Assembly: GCA_963695095.1 (NCBI GenBank) | Contig: CAVOFT010000001.1 | Span: forward strand, 2,240,001 to 2,304,000 | Direction: 5' to 3' | From: an uncultured bacterium | GTDB lineage: Bacteria > Krumholzibacteriota > Krumholzibacteriia > JACNKJ01 | Length of the DNA stretch: 64,000 nt | Shown here: piece after piece, positions 47,531-55,842 of the stretch | How the letters are laid out: each line of letters opens with the position of its first letter | Numbering within the stretch: position 1 is the first letter of the stretch | Program-made: the position numbers and the translations under genes | The notes under the pieces: model-generated | The model's database searches: none | The model's input: only the letters and a program-made list of their open reading frames with translations | Told to the model about the DNA's origin: nothing

Positions 47531-48897
47531 CAGGCCCCCTCCTCGGGCAGCTCCTCGCGCAGCGCGCCCAGCACCAGCGCACGAATGGCTTCGAGGCGCT
47601 CCTGGGTCGTGGCCTCGAAGCGCAGCACGAGCACGGGTCCCGTGTTGGAAGCGCGGACGAGCCCCCAGCCGTCCGGGAACTCGATGCGCACGCCGTCGAT
47701 GTCGACGACCTCGTACTTGGCGGCGAAGCGCTCACGCAGCGCGGCCACGACGGCGAACTTCTTCTCATCGGGGCAGGCCAGGCGGATCTCGGGCGTCGAC
47801 AGGTAGACGGGCGCCCCGGCCAGGAGGCCGCTGAGCGGGGAGTCCGCGGCGGCTACGATCTCGAGCAGGCGGCCGGCCGCGTAGAGCGCATCGTCGTAGC
47901 CGAAATAGCGGTCGGCGAAGAAGATGTGACCGCTCATCTCGCCGGCGAGCAGCGCGTGCTCGGCCTTGAGCTTGGCCTTGATCAAGGAGTGGCCGGTCTT
48001 CCAGAGCACGGGCAGGCCGCCGTGGGCCGCGATGTCCTCGCCCAGGGCTCGCGAGCACTTCACCTCGTAGATGACCTTGGCGCCGGGATGCGCGGCGAGC
48101 ACGCTGCGCGCATAGAGCATCAGCAGGCGATCGCCCCAGAGAATGTCGCCCTTCTCGTCGACGACGCCGATGCGGTCCGAATCGCCGTCGAAGGCGATGC
48201 CGAGTTCGTAGCCGCCCTCCTGGACGGTGCGGATCAGCTCGCGCAAGTTGGCGGCGACGACGGGATCGGCCGGGTGATTCGGAAAGCGGCCGTCCGGCTC
48301 CTCGTAGAGCAGGGTGGCCTCGGCGCCCAGGGCCGTGAAGAGCTGGCGGGCGAGAATGCCGGCCGTGCCGTTGCCGCAATCGACGGCCACTTTCACTGAG
48401 CGCGTGGGCCTGAGATCCTGCGCCAGATGCGCGAGGTAGCGGGCCTTGAAGTCCTCGCTGCGGCGGCGGCCGGCGCCCTGGGGCAGGGGCCCGGCAGCGG
48501 CTTCGCGCAGGGAGGCGATCTCGGCGCCGGACAGCGCGCGGCCCGCCGAGACGATCTTGACGCCGTTGTACTGGGGAGGATTGTGGCTGGCGGTCACCAT
48601 CGCGCCGAAGTTCTTGCCCTCGCCCAGCACGGCCTGGGCGAAGTAGAGCACAGGCGTCGGCACCTCGCCGATCTCGACCACGTCCAGGCCCGTGGCGGTC
48701 GCGCCCGCCACGAGCGCGGCGGCCAGCTCGGGCGAGTGCAGGCGGTTGTCGTAGCCGATCACCGCCTCGCGGGCGCCCTCGGCCAGCCAGCGCGCGGCGA
48801 TGGCGCCGCCGAGGGCATGGTACACCGCGGCGTCGAGGTCTTCCCCCACGACGCCGCGGATGTCGTATTCGCGGAAGATCTTGGCAGGCAGCTCCAC
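47530..48897 (-). CDS. Phosphomannomutase/phosphoglucomutase
   Basis: IFREYDIRG, TASHNP, DGDSDR, GEMSGH, RASNT; GTG start at 48897 after GAGGAG. Confidence 0.95.
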   Translation of the reverse strand: MELPAKIFREYDIRGVVGEDLDAAVYHALGGAIAARWLAEGAREAVIGYDNRLHSPELAAALVAGATATGLDVVEIGEVPTPVLYFAQAVLGEGKNFGAMVTASHNPPQYNGVKIVSAGRALSGAEIASLREAAAGPLPQGAGRRRSEDFKARYLAHLAQDLRPTRSVKVAVDCGNGTAGILARQLFTALGAEATLLYEEPDGRFPNHPADPVVAANLRELIRTVQEGGYELGIAFDGDSDRIGVVDEKGDILWGDRLLMLYARSVLAAHPGAKVIYEVKCSRALGEDIAAHGGLPVLWKTGHSLIKAKLKAEHALLAGEMSGHIFFADRYFGYDDALYAAGRLLEIVAAADSPLSGLLAGAPVYLSTPEIRLACPDEKKFAVVAALRERFAAKYEVVDIDGVRIEFPDGWGLVRASNTGPVLVLRFEATTQERLEAIRALVLGALREELPEEGA

Positions 48898-48957
48898 GCC
48901 GCAGCTCCTCACGAGTGGCCGCAGGGCAAGGCCCCGCGGCTGCCGTCGCGAGCCAGG

Positions 48958-49407
48958 TTATTCCTGGCGCACCGTGACCTGAATCGTCGCTTCGACGCCC
49001 TGGCCGCGATGCAGCTTCACGAGAATCGCGTACTCGCCCAGCTCCTTGATCTGCTCGGCGAGATCGATCTGTCCCGGCTCGATGGCGAAGCCGCGACCCT
49101 GCAGCTCCTTGGCGATGGCCTGGGCGTTGACCGAGCCGTAGAGGTGCCCCTCCTCGGTGGTCTGGCCCTTGAACTCCAGGCGCAGGCCGTCGAGGCGACC
49201 CCGCAACTCCTGGGCCGCGGCCACATGCTTGCGGTCCTTGCGGCTGCGTACGCGATTCTCCTCGGCCAGCGCGCGCTGGTTCCCGTCGGTGGCGTACACG
49301 GCCAGGCCATGCGGGCTGAGGTAGTTGCGGAAGTAGCCCTTGGCGACGTTCACGCGATCCCCGCGCTTGCCGAGGTTCTCCACGTTAGCGGTGAGCAGGA
49401 TCTCCAT
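48958..49407 (-). CDS. rplI: 50S ribosomal protein L9
   Basis: LGKRGD.VNVAKGYFRNYL, LYGSV, IKELGEY. Confidence 0.97.
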   Translation of the reverse strand: MEILLTANVENLGKRGDRVNVAKGYFRNYLSPHGLAVYATDGNQRALAEENRVRSRKDRKHVAAAQELRGRLDGLRLEFKGQTTEEGHLYGSVNAQAIAKELQGRGFAIEPGQIDLAEQIKELGEYAILVKLHRGQGVEATIQVTVRQE

Positions 49408-49416
49408 CGTGGCCTC

Positions 49417-49677
49417 CTAGCGCCAGTGCTCGCGCACGTAGGGGAGGAGCGCAACGTAGCGAGCCCGCTTGATGCCGTTCACCAGCATGCGCTGGTGGCG
49501 GTCGCAGGTGCCGGTGATCCGCCGGGGCGCGATCTTGCCGCGGTCATTGACGAAGCGGGTGAGCAGCTCCTGGTTCTTGTAGTCCAGATCGTCGACATGC
49601 GAGATGCAGAACTTGCAGGGCTTCTTCCGCCCTGTCCACTTGCGTGCCTTCTTCTTCTTGCGCCGGATGCGAGGCAT
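49417..49677 (-). CDS. rpsR: 30S ribosomal protein S18 (zinc-binding type)
   Basis: CKFC...DYKN...[17 protein letters not shown]...[10 protein letters not shown]. Confidence 0.97.
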   Translation of the reverse strand: MPRIRRKKKKARKWTGRKKPCKFCISHVDDLDYKNQELLTRFVNDRGKIAPRRITGTCDRHQRMLVNGIKRARYVALLPYVREHWR

Positions 49678-50183
49678 CAGTCGTCCTCCCCTTCGTCGTT
49701 GTCGTCGCCGGAGTTCCGCGCCGCTGCGCTGGGAGCGTCGTCGCCGCCGCCCTCGCGCGGGCCGTCATCGCGGGGGCCGCGCGGGCCACCGGGGCGCGGG
49801 CCGCCGCGGCCCCGCGGGCCACCGCGCCCACGGCCACGCCGATCGCGCTCCTTGCGCTCCGTGAGCTGCATGAGTTCGTCGCTCTTGCCGGTGCCCTCGG
49901 GCACTTCGTAGCAGGTCATGTAGCGGAGCACGCGGTCGTCCACGCGCAGGCGGAACTCCAGCTCCGCGATCGTCGCCGGCTCGGCGTCGAAGCGCAGCAG
50001 GACGTAGCTGCCGTCGGTGAACTTCTGGATGGGGTAGGCGAGCTGGCGCTTGCCCCAGAGGTCCGCCTTGCGGACCGTGCCGCCCTGCCCGGTGATCAGC
50101 TCACTGAACTTGGCGGCGGATTTCTCCAACTCGGAGCCGTCGGCTCCAGGATGGATGATGTACAGACACTCGTAGGCCCTCAA
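49677..50183 (-). CDS. rpsF: 30S ribosomal protein S6
   Basis: TTG start at 50183 after [31 protein letters not shown]. Confidence 0.95.
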   Translation of the reverse strand: MRAYECLYIIHPGADGSELEKSAAKFSELITGQGGTVRKADLWGKRQLAYPIQKFTDGSYVLLRFDAEPATIAELEFRLRVDDRVLRYMTCYEVPEGTGKSDELMQLTERKERDRRGRGRGGPRGRGGPRPGGPRGPRDDGPREGGGDDAPSAAARNSGDDNDEGEDD

Positions 50184-50318
50184 TGCCTGCCTCCCTTCGG
50201 ACTGGCGGTCTCCGGACGGCCCCGGACGGGGCGCCGGAAACAGGGTGTGGCCGGCGTGTAGCCAGCCAGGCATTCGTCGATCTTGGCTATGTAGGGGAGC
50301 CTGGGCTCCCGGCCCGAC

Positions 50319-50347
50319 AATATACCCGAGCCGCCGCCGGCTGTAAA
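50319..50347 (-). promoter_or_regulatory. Putative sigma70 promoter of rpsF-rpsR-rplI
   Basis: TTTACA-N17-TATATT. Confidence 0.7.
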
Positions 50348-50361
50348 GCCCGCGCGGGCAA

Positions 50362-51021
50362 TCAGCTGACGATCTGGCCGTTCACCCGGCCGGCCGCCCG
50401 CTCGAGCCCTTCGGCGAGCAGCAGGGTCACCGCGTCGGCGGCGGCCTCGACGAGAGCCTCGGCCCGGGGCGCTTCAGCGGCCGTGAAGCTGCCCAGGACA
50501 TGCGCCACGGTGTCGCCCTCCCCGGCCGGGGCAGAGCCGGCCGTCGGCGGGCGGCCGATGCCCAGGCGCAGGCGGGCGAAGCCCTCGTCCCCCCAGGCTT
50601 CGATCAGCGAGGCCAGCCCGTTGTGCCCGCCCGCACCGCCCTGGGCGCGCAGCCGCAGCCGCCCGAAGGGCAGATCGAGGTCATCGGCGACGACCAGCCA
50701 GCGGGGGGCCGCCAGGCCGGTCAGCAGCCCGAGCTGGCGGGCGGCCTCGCCGCTGCGGTTCATGGCGGTGGTGGGCAGGACGAGCAGGACGGCCCCGCCC
50801 GGGCCGGCCCAGCGGGCGGCGTGGAAGTCCCCCCGCCCCGGCTGCAGGGTGAGCCCGGCGCGCCGAGCCAGGCAGGCCACGACCTGCCAGCCCAGGTTGT
50901 GCCGGGTCGCCGCATAGCGGCGACCCGGATTCCCCAGGCCAATCACGATGGTGCTGAGACCCGCATAGTCGAGCGCGGGAGCGGCGAAGCTGCGCCTAAT
51001 CCTCGCTAGCAGCTTCCGCAT
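50362..51021 (-). CDS. pth: Peptidyl-tRNA hydrolase
   Basis: GLGNPG.RY..TRHNLG, MNRSG, DDLDLPFG, GGHNG, RLRLGIGRP. Start at 51021 is inferred. Confidence 0.95.
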   Translation of the reverse strand: MRKLLARIRRSFAAPALDYAGLSTIVIGLGNPGRRYAATRHNLGWQVVACLARRAGLTLQPGRGDFHAARWAGPGGAVLLVLPTTAMNRSGEAARQLGLLTGLAAPRWLVVADDLDLPFGRLRLRAQGGAGGHNGLASLIEAWGDEGFARLRLGIGRPPTAGSAPAGEGDTVAHVLGSFTAAEAPRAEALVEAAADAVTLLLAEGLERAAGRVNGQIVS

Positions 51022-51640
51022 CGGCGCCCTCGCCCTCGCCCTCGCCCTCGCCCTCGGCACCCTCCTCGGTACCGGCCTTGACCAGACGCGGCGAGGCGAT
51101 GCTGACGACCGCCCGGGCGGGTTCGGCCAGGAACTCGACCTTGGGCACCTGGAGGTCGGCGACGTGCAGGGTCTCGTTCAGCTTCATCTCGGTGATGTCC
51201 ACGACGATCGAGTCGGGGATATCGGCCGGCAGGCAGCTGATCTCCACGCTGCGCAGCAGGTGCTCGAGGATACCGCCGAAGTCCTTCACCCCGCGCGACT
51301 CGCCGGTGATCACGATCGGGATCTCGACATGGATGGGCTTGTCCATGCTGATGCGCTGCAGGTCGACATGGATGACGCGGCCGGTCACCGGGTGCCGCTG
51401 CCGCTCGCGCACGATGCTGAGAATGGGCTTCGCCTCGTCCACGCTGAGATTGAGGATGAAGTTGCTGCCCTGGCGAGCGCGGTAGAGCAGGTCGAACTCC
51501 GCGGCGGCGATGGTGAGGCTCTTGGCCTCGCCGCCGGCGCCGTAGAGGACGGCCGGCAGCACGCCCTGCGCGCGCAGCTTGCGGGTGACGGACTTGCCGG
51601 TGCCTTCGCGGCTGACGGCTTTCAGTTCCAGAGACTCCAT
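50996..51640 (-). CDS. rplY: 50S ribosomal protein L25 / Ctc
   Basis: RKLRAQG.LPAVLYG, QRHPV...HVD, GVKDFGG. Confidence 0.95.
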   Translation of the reverse strand: MESLELKAVSREGTGKSVTRKLRAQGVLPAVLYGAGGEAKSLTIAAAEFDLLYRARQGSNFILNLSVDEAKPILSIVRERQRHPVTGRVIHVDLQRISMDKPIHVEIPIVITGESRGVKDFGGILEHLLRSVEISCLPADIPDSIVVDITEMKLNETLHVADLQVPKVEFLAEPARAVVSIASPRLVKAGTEEGAEGEGEGEGEGADAEAASED

Positions 51641-51706
51641 GATTCCTCCCGGTCCACCGCCCCAGCGCAGGTGGCCGGGATACGAAGACGGAGCTTGGGG
51701 TGCGGT

Positions 51707-52651
51707 TCAGACGAAGAGCGAGCTGACGGATTCAGCGTTATGTATGCGCCGAATCGCCTCGCCAAGCAAGGGGGCCACGTCCAGAATTTCGAACTTCGGC
51801 GGCAGGGCCGCGCCGCCCTGGTTCAGGGTATTGGTGATCGCCACCGTCTCCAGGGGGGAGGCCTCCAGACGGGCGCGGGCCTGGCCCGAGAGCAGGCCGT
51901 GGGTGGCAGCGGCCCGAACGGAGCTGGCGCCCCGGGCCATGCAGAGCTCGGCGGCATTGGCCAGCGTGCCGGCCGTGTCGATGAGGTCGTCGACGATGAC
52001 GACGTCCCGGCCCTCGACCTCGCCGATCAGGTTCATCGTCTCGGAGACGTTCGCCGAGGTGCGGCGCTTGTCCACCACGGCCAGTTCGGCGCTCAGGCGC
52101 TTGGCGAAGGCCCGGGCCATCTTGACGCTGCCGACGTCGGGGGCCACCACCACCGGCCGCTTGGGCTTCAGGCGCTCCACGTAGTCGAGGAGCACGGGCG
52201 CGGCGAAGAGGTGATCGAGCGGAATGTCGAAGAAGCCCTGGATCTGCGGCGTGTGCAGGTCCATGGTCAGGCCGCGATCGGCGCCGGCGCTCGTGATCAG
52301 ATTGGCCACGAGCTTGGCGGTGATCGCCACCCGCGGCTTGTCCTTGCGGTCCTGCCGCGCATAGCCGAGATAGGGAATCACCGCCGTCACGCGCTGGGCG
52401 CTGGCCCGCTTGCAGGCATCGATGAGGATCAACAGCTCCATCAAGTTGTCGGCCGGGGCGGGCGTGGACTGGATGATGAAGGCGTCCACGCCGCGGATGT
52501 TCTCCTGGATGTGGGCGTAGATCTCGCCATCGGCGAAGCGTGCGATCGTGGTTTCCGTCAGGCTCCGCCCCAGGTAGCGCGCGATCCGATCGGCCAGCGG
52601 CCGATTGGCGGTCCCGGTGATCAGGGCGAGCTCTTCACGGGTGGAGAACAT
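51707..52651 (-). CDS. prs: Ribose-phosphate pyrophosphokinase
   Basis: FADGE, YLGYARQDRK, DLH..QIQGFF, VDDLIDTAGT. Confidence 0.97.
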   Translation of the reverse strand: MFSTREELALITGTANRPLADRIARYLGRSLTETTIARFADGEIYAHIQENIRGVDAFIIQSTPAPADNLMELLILIDACKRASAQRVTAVIPYLGYARQDRKDKPRVAITAKLVANLITSAGADRGLTMDLHTPQIQGFFDIPLDHLFAAPVLLDYVERLKPKRPVVVAPDVGSVKMARAFAKRLSAELAVVDKRRTSANVSETMNLIGEVEGRDVVIVDDLIDTAGTLANAAELCMARGASSVRAAATHGLLSGQARARLEASPLETVAITNTLNQGGAALPPKFEILDVAPLLGEAIRRIHNAESVSSLFV

Positions 52652-52738
52652 CGGGTGGCCTTTCGCTGGATCAGGAGGGCAGGTCAGCCTGGGGCGGCGC
52701 GGCTAGCGCGGCGCCGCCGACGGCGGCTGGCGTTCGGG

Positions 52739-52810
52739 TTGGGGCGGGAGGATTCGAACCTCCGAATGCAGGTACCAAAAACCTGTGACTTGCCACTTGT
52801 CGACGCCCCA
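52739..52810 (-). tRNA. tRNA-Gln (anticodon TTG)
   Basis: Cloverleaf TGGGGCG/CGCCCCA with U1-A72, anticodon arm CAGGT-TTTTGGT-ACCTG, T arm GGAGG-TTCGAAT-CCTCC; CCA not encoded. Confidence 0.95.
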
Positions 52811-52827
52811 ATGCAATCCGGGCGGGC

Positions 52828-53127
52828 CTAGTGGTCGTCGCCGCTGGTGTAGGTGGTCTCTCCCGACTCCAGGCGGGCGACTTCCTTGGCGTACTCGCTC
52901 AGGATCCGGGCCTCGATCTTCTGTCGGGTCTGGTTGTTGACCGGATGGGCGATGTCCTGATACGTGCCGTCATTGCGCTTGCGGCTGGGCATGGCCACGA
53001 AGGATCCGTTGGCTCCCTCGATGATCTTGAGTCCGCGAACCACGAAGCAGTCGTCGAAGGTGACGCTGGCGAAGGCCTTCAGCTTGTCGTCATTGCGCAG
53101 GGAGATGCGGACTTCGGTGATCTCCAT
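52828..53127 (-). CDS. spoVG: SpoVG family nucleic-acid-binding regulator
   Basis: MEITEVRI...LKAFASVTFD...FVAMPSRK...DIAHP. Confidence 0.95.
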   Translation of the reverse strand: MEITEVRISLRNDDKLKAFASVTFDDCFVVRGLKIIEGANGSFVAMPSRKRNDGTYQDIAHPVNNQTRQKIEARILSEYAKEVARLESGETTYTSGDDH

Positions 53128-53152
53128 TCGTTCCTCCCGGCAGGTCGGTGTC

Positions 53153-54076
53153 TTAGCCAGTCGAATCCGCTGCGCCCGAGTCCTCGAAGCTAATCCCCTG
53201 GGGTCTGGGTCCGGCAACCCAGGTCTGCCAGCGCGTCGCCAGCACTGCCCCGGCCCTGTCCGCCGCCTCCCGATCCGGGAAGCTGCCGAAGACCGTCGCC
53301 CCGCTGCCGCTCATCAGCGCATGCACGGCCCCAACCCCCTCCAGTGCTCTCGCGATCTCGTAAAGCACGGGGTAGGCAGGGAATACGACGTCCTCCAGGC
53401 GGTTTCGGAGCACCATTCCGGGGGCGGGAAAACGCGCCAGATATACCTTAACTTGTTCGAGGCTAATCCGATACGGGTTGCCTGTCAAGCCCAATCGCAA
53501 ATGCTCGTAGGCCCAGGCCGTGGTCACGGAGAAGCCCGGGTTGACGAGGAGGAAGGCGCCCAGGCGCAGGGCCGGCAGGGGCTCGAGGCGTTCGCCCCGC
53601 CCGCGGCCGATCGCCGTGCCGCCTCGCAGGAAGAAGGGCACGTCGCTGCCCAGGGCGAGGGCCAGCGCGGCCAGCTCCCCGTCGGCCAGGCCGAGTTTCC
53701 AGAGGCGATCGAGGCCCAGCAGCGTCGCGGCGGCATCGCTGGAGCCTCCCCCGAGGCCGGCGCCCAGGGGGATGCGCTTGTCCAGCAGCACCCGGGTGCC
53801 GCCCATCGCGCCGGGCCTGGCCTCCGCCAGCAGCGCGTGGGCCCGACGGAGGCTGTTCTCGGGGCCGTCCTCCAGCGGCAAACCCCGAATCGAGAGCTGA
53901 AGCCCGCTGTCGCCACCGCTCTTGCTGAACTCGAGCTGATCGCCCCAGTCGAGACTCTGAAAGATCGTCTCGATCTCGTGATAACCGTCCGGCCGCCGCC
54001 CGTGGACCTCGAGTCCCAGGTTCAGCTTGGCCGGGGCGAAGACGCCGAGGCGCTTCCCGCCGGCGGCCCCGCTCAC
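53153..54076 (-). CDS. ispE: 4-diphosphocytidyl-2-C-methyl-D-erythritol kinase
   Basis: GTG 54076; APAKLNLGL, RPDGYH, KRIPLGAGLGGGSSDAA, GSDVPFF, MSGSG. Confidence 0.95.
   Translation of the reverse strand: MSGAAGGKRLGVFAPAKLNLGLEVHGRRPDGYHEIETIFQSLDWGDQLEFSKSGGDSGLQLSIRGLPLEDGPENSLRRAHALLAEARPGAMGGTRVLLDKRIPLGAGLGGGSSDAAATLLGLDRLWKLGLADGELAALALALGSDVPFFLRGGTAIGRGRGERLEPLPALRLGAFLLVNPGFSVTTAWAYEHLRLGLTGNPYRISLEQVKVYLARFPAPGMVLRNRLEDVVFPAYPVLYEIARALEGVGAVHALMSGSGATVFGSFPDREAADRAGAVLATRWQTWVAGPRPQGISFEDSGAADSTG
53460..53488 (-). promoter_or_regulatory. Internal sigma70 promoter inside ispE (for spoVG-tRNA-prs-rplY-pth)
   Basis: TTGACA-N17-TAGCCT in a local AT-rich patch of ispE. Confidence 0.65.
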
Positions 54077-54993
54077 GAGACCAACCCCACCGTCCACAGG
54101 GTGAACAGGGCCCAGCCCAGGGCGGTCAAGAAGATGGGCCGGTCGCCCAGGAGAATCTCCGAGGGATCGCCGGTGCCTTCGGGCCGTTGCGTGAGGAAGA
54201 GATAGCGCATGACGCCGAAGCTGACGAAGAGGTTCGAGGCGAGCCAGGTGGCCCCGTAGCGGGCCACGGTGCTGGGCCAGAGCGTGTAGAGCGCGTAGGC
54301 GAGGATCACGGCGGCCGCCGAGAGGCCGAGCAGCTGGTCCAGGAGCGCGGCCGTGTAGCTGCCCAGGACCGGCCGGTGGCCGTCCGGGGCTTCCAGGCCG
54401 AGCAGCTCGCTCCTCCGCTTGGCGAAGGCCAGGAAGAGGGCGCCGAAGAAGGTGCAGATGAGGAGCCAGGGGCTCAGCAGCACCGCCCCCTCCTCGGCCC
54501 CGTCGCCGAAGCCGGTGACGAGATGCGGCGCCAGCACGGCCACGCCGGCCACCGCGCGCAGGACGAAGTTGAGGGCGATGCCGAAGGCGTCCAGGATCAC
54601 CTGGTGCTTGAGCCAGAGCGTGTAGAGCAGGTTCATCACCAGGAAGATCAGGGCGACGGCGAGGAAGTTGCGCCCCAGCCAGGCGGCTCCGGCCAGGCCG
54701 AGGCCCACGGTCAGCGCGAGGCCGGGGGCCACCCAGGACAGCGGCAGGCGCCCCGCCGCCAGCGGGCGCAGGCGCTTGCGGGGATGCAGCCGATCCTTGG
54801 CCAGATCCACGCGATCGTTGAAGAGATAGATGGCCCCCGAGAGCAGGCAGAAGACGAGGCAGGCGGCCAGGCTGCGCGCGAGCAGGCCCGCGTTGCCGGC
54901 CTGGCCGGCAAAGACGATGCCGAAGAGGACGAGCAGGTTCTTCGTCCACTGGCGCGGGCGCAGGGAGGCGAGCAAGGCGGCGGCAGCGCTCAA
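54073..54993 (-). CDS. UbiA-family polyprenyl-phosphate phosphoribosyltransferase (DPPR-synthase-like)
   Basis: RPRQWTKNLLV, YLFND..D...DRLHPRK..RP.A.G, LKH..ILD, KRRSEL, RYL...GDP. Confidence 0.85.
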   Translation of the reverse strand: MSAAAALLASLRPRQWTKNLLVLFGIVFAGQAGNAGLLARSLAACLVFCLLSGAIYLFNDRVDLAKDRLHPRKRLRPLAAGRLPLSWVAPGLALTVGLGLAGAAWLGRNFLAVALIFLVMNLLYTLWLKHQVILDAFGIALNFVLRAVAGVAVLAPHLVTGFGDGAEEGAVLLSPWLLICTFFGALFLAFAKRRSELLGLEAPDGHRPVLGSYTAALLDQLLGLSAAAVILAYALYTLWPSTVARYGATWLASNLFVSFGVMRYLFLTQRPEGTGDPSEILLGDRPIFLTALGWALFTLWTVGLVS

Positions 54994-55652
54994 GCGTCGG
55001 CCTCCGCGGCGGCAGCGTCGGCAGCTTGGCGCCGCGCGAGCTCATCCCGGATCTTGGCGACCAGCAGATCGATGGCCACGGCGTTGTGCACGCCCTCGGG
55101 CACGATGAGGTCCGCGTAGCGCTTGGAGGGCTCGACGAAGCGCAGGTGCATGGGGCGCACCGTCTGCTGGTACTGCTCGATGATGGAGGCCACCGTGCGC
55201 TCGCGGTTGCGGATGTCCCGCTGCAGGCGGCGGATGAAGCGCTCGTCCGGATCGGCGTCGATGTAGATGCGGATGTCCATGCGCCGGCGCAGGGCCTCGT
55301 GCTCGAGCACCAGGATACCCTCGAGCAGGATGATGTCCCCGGGCGCCAGCGGCGTGCCCGCGGCCTGGCGCGAGTGCGTCTCGTAGTCGTAGCGCGGCTG
55401 GACGATCTCCTCGCCCGCGCGCAGGCGGTCGAGGTGCTCGATGAGCAGGTCGGTCTGGAAGGCCTCGGGGTGGTCGTAGTTGATGCGCTCGCGCTCGATG
55501 GCGGGCAGGTGGCTGTTGTCGTGGTAATAGGAGTCGTGGTGCAGGAGCAACACCCGCGCCTGCGGGAAGTAGCTCTTCAGCTTGAGGGCGACGCTGGTCT
55601 TGCCTGAGCCCGTTCCCCCTGCAATCCCGATGACGACCGGTGCCCGCTGCAT
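54990..55652 (-). CDS. udk: Uridine kinase
   Basis: GIAGGTGSGKT, DSYY, NYDHPEA, RRLQRD...R, VRPMH..FVEPSKRYAD. Confidence 0.95.
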   Translation of the reverse strand: MQRAPVVIGIAGGTGSGKTSVALKLKSYFPQARVLLLHHDSYYHDNSHLPAIERERINYDHPEAFQTDLLIEHLDRLRAGEEIVQPRYDYETHSRQAAGTPLAPGDIILLEGILVLEHEALRRRMDIRIYIDADPDERFIRRLQRDIRNRERTVASIIEQYQQTVRPMHLRFVEPSKRYADLIVPEGVHNAVAIDLLVAKIRDELARRQAADAAAAEADA

Positions 55653-55706
55653 GCTCTCCCCTGTTCGCCTTTGGCCGCGGCGACCTGGACCCGCGCGCCG
55701 GCCGTC

Positions 55707-55735
55707 AAACTAGCACAAGGGCCGCCGGCTGCCAA
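55707..55735 (-). promoter_or_regulatory. Putative sigma70 promoter upstream of udk
   Basis: TTGGCA-N17-TAGTTT with a TG extension. Confidence 0.55.
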
Positions 55736-55842
55736 TGCCCGGCTCCAAGGAGTGGGAGCGCAAGCTGAAGAAGATGCGGAGCCGAGGTTCGCGCGGCGAC
55801 GCGCGCCTTAGGCGACAGTGCAGCCGAGGACTGACTGCTGGG

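Noticed and set aside
51025..51054. (CGCCCT)5 tandem repeat
   Set aside because: Encodes the EGEGEG acidic tail of L25; ordinary low-complexity coding sequence.
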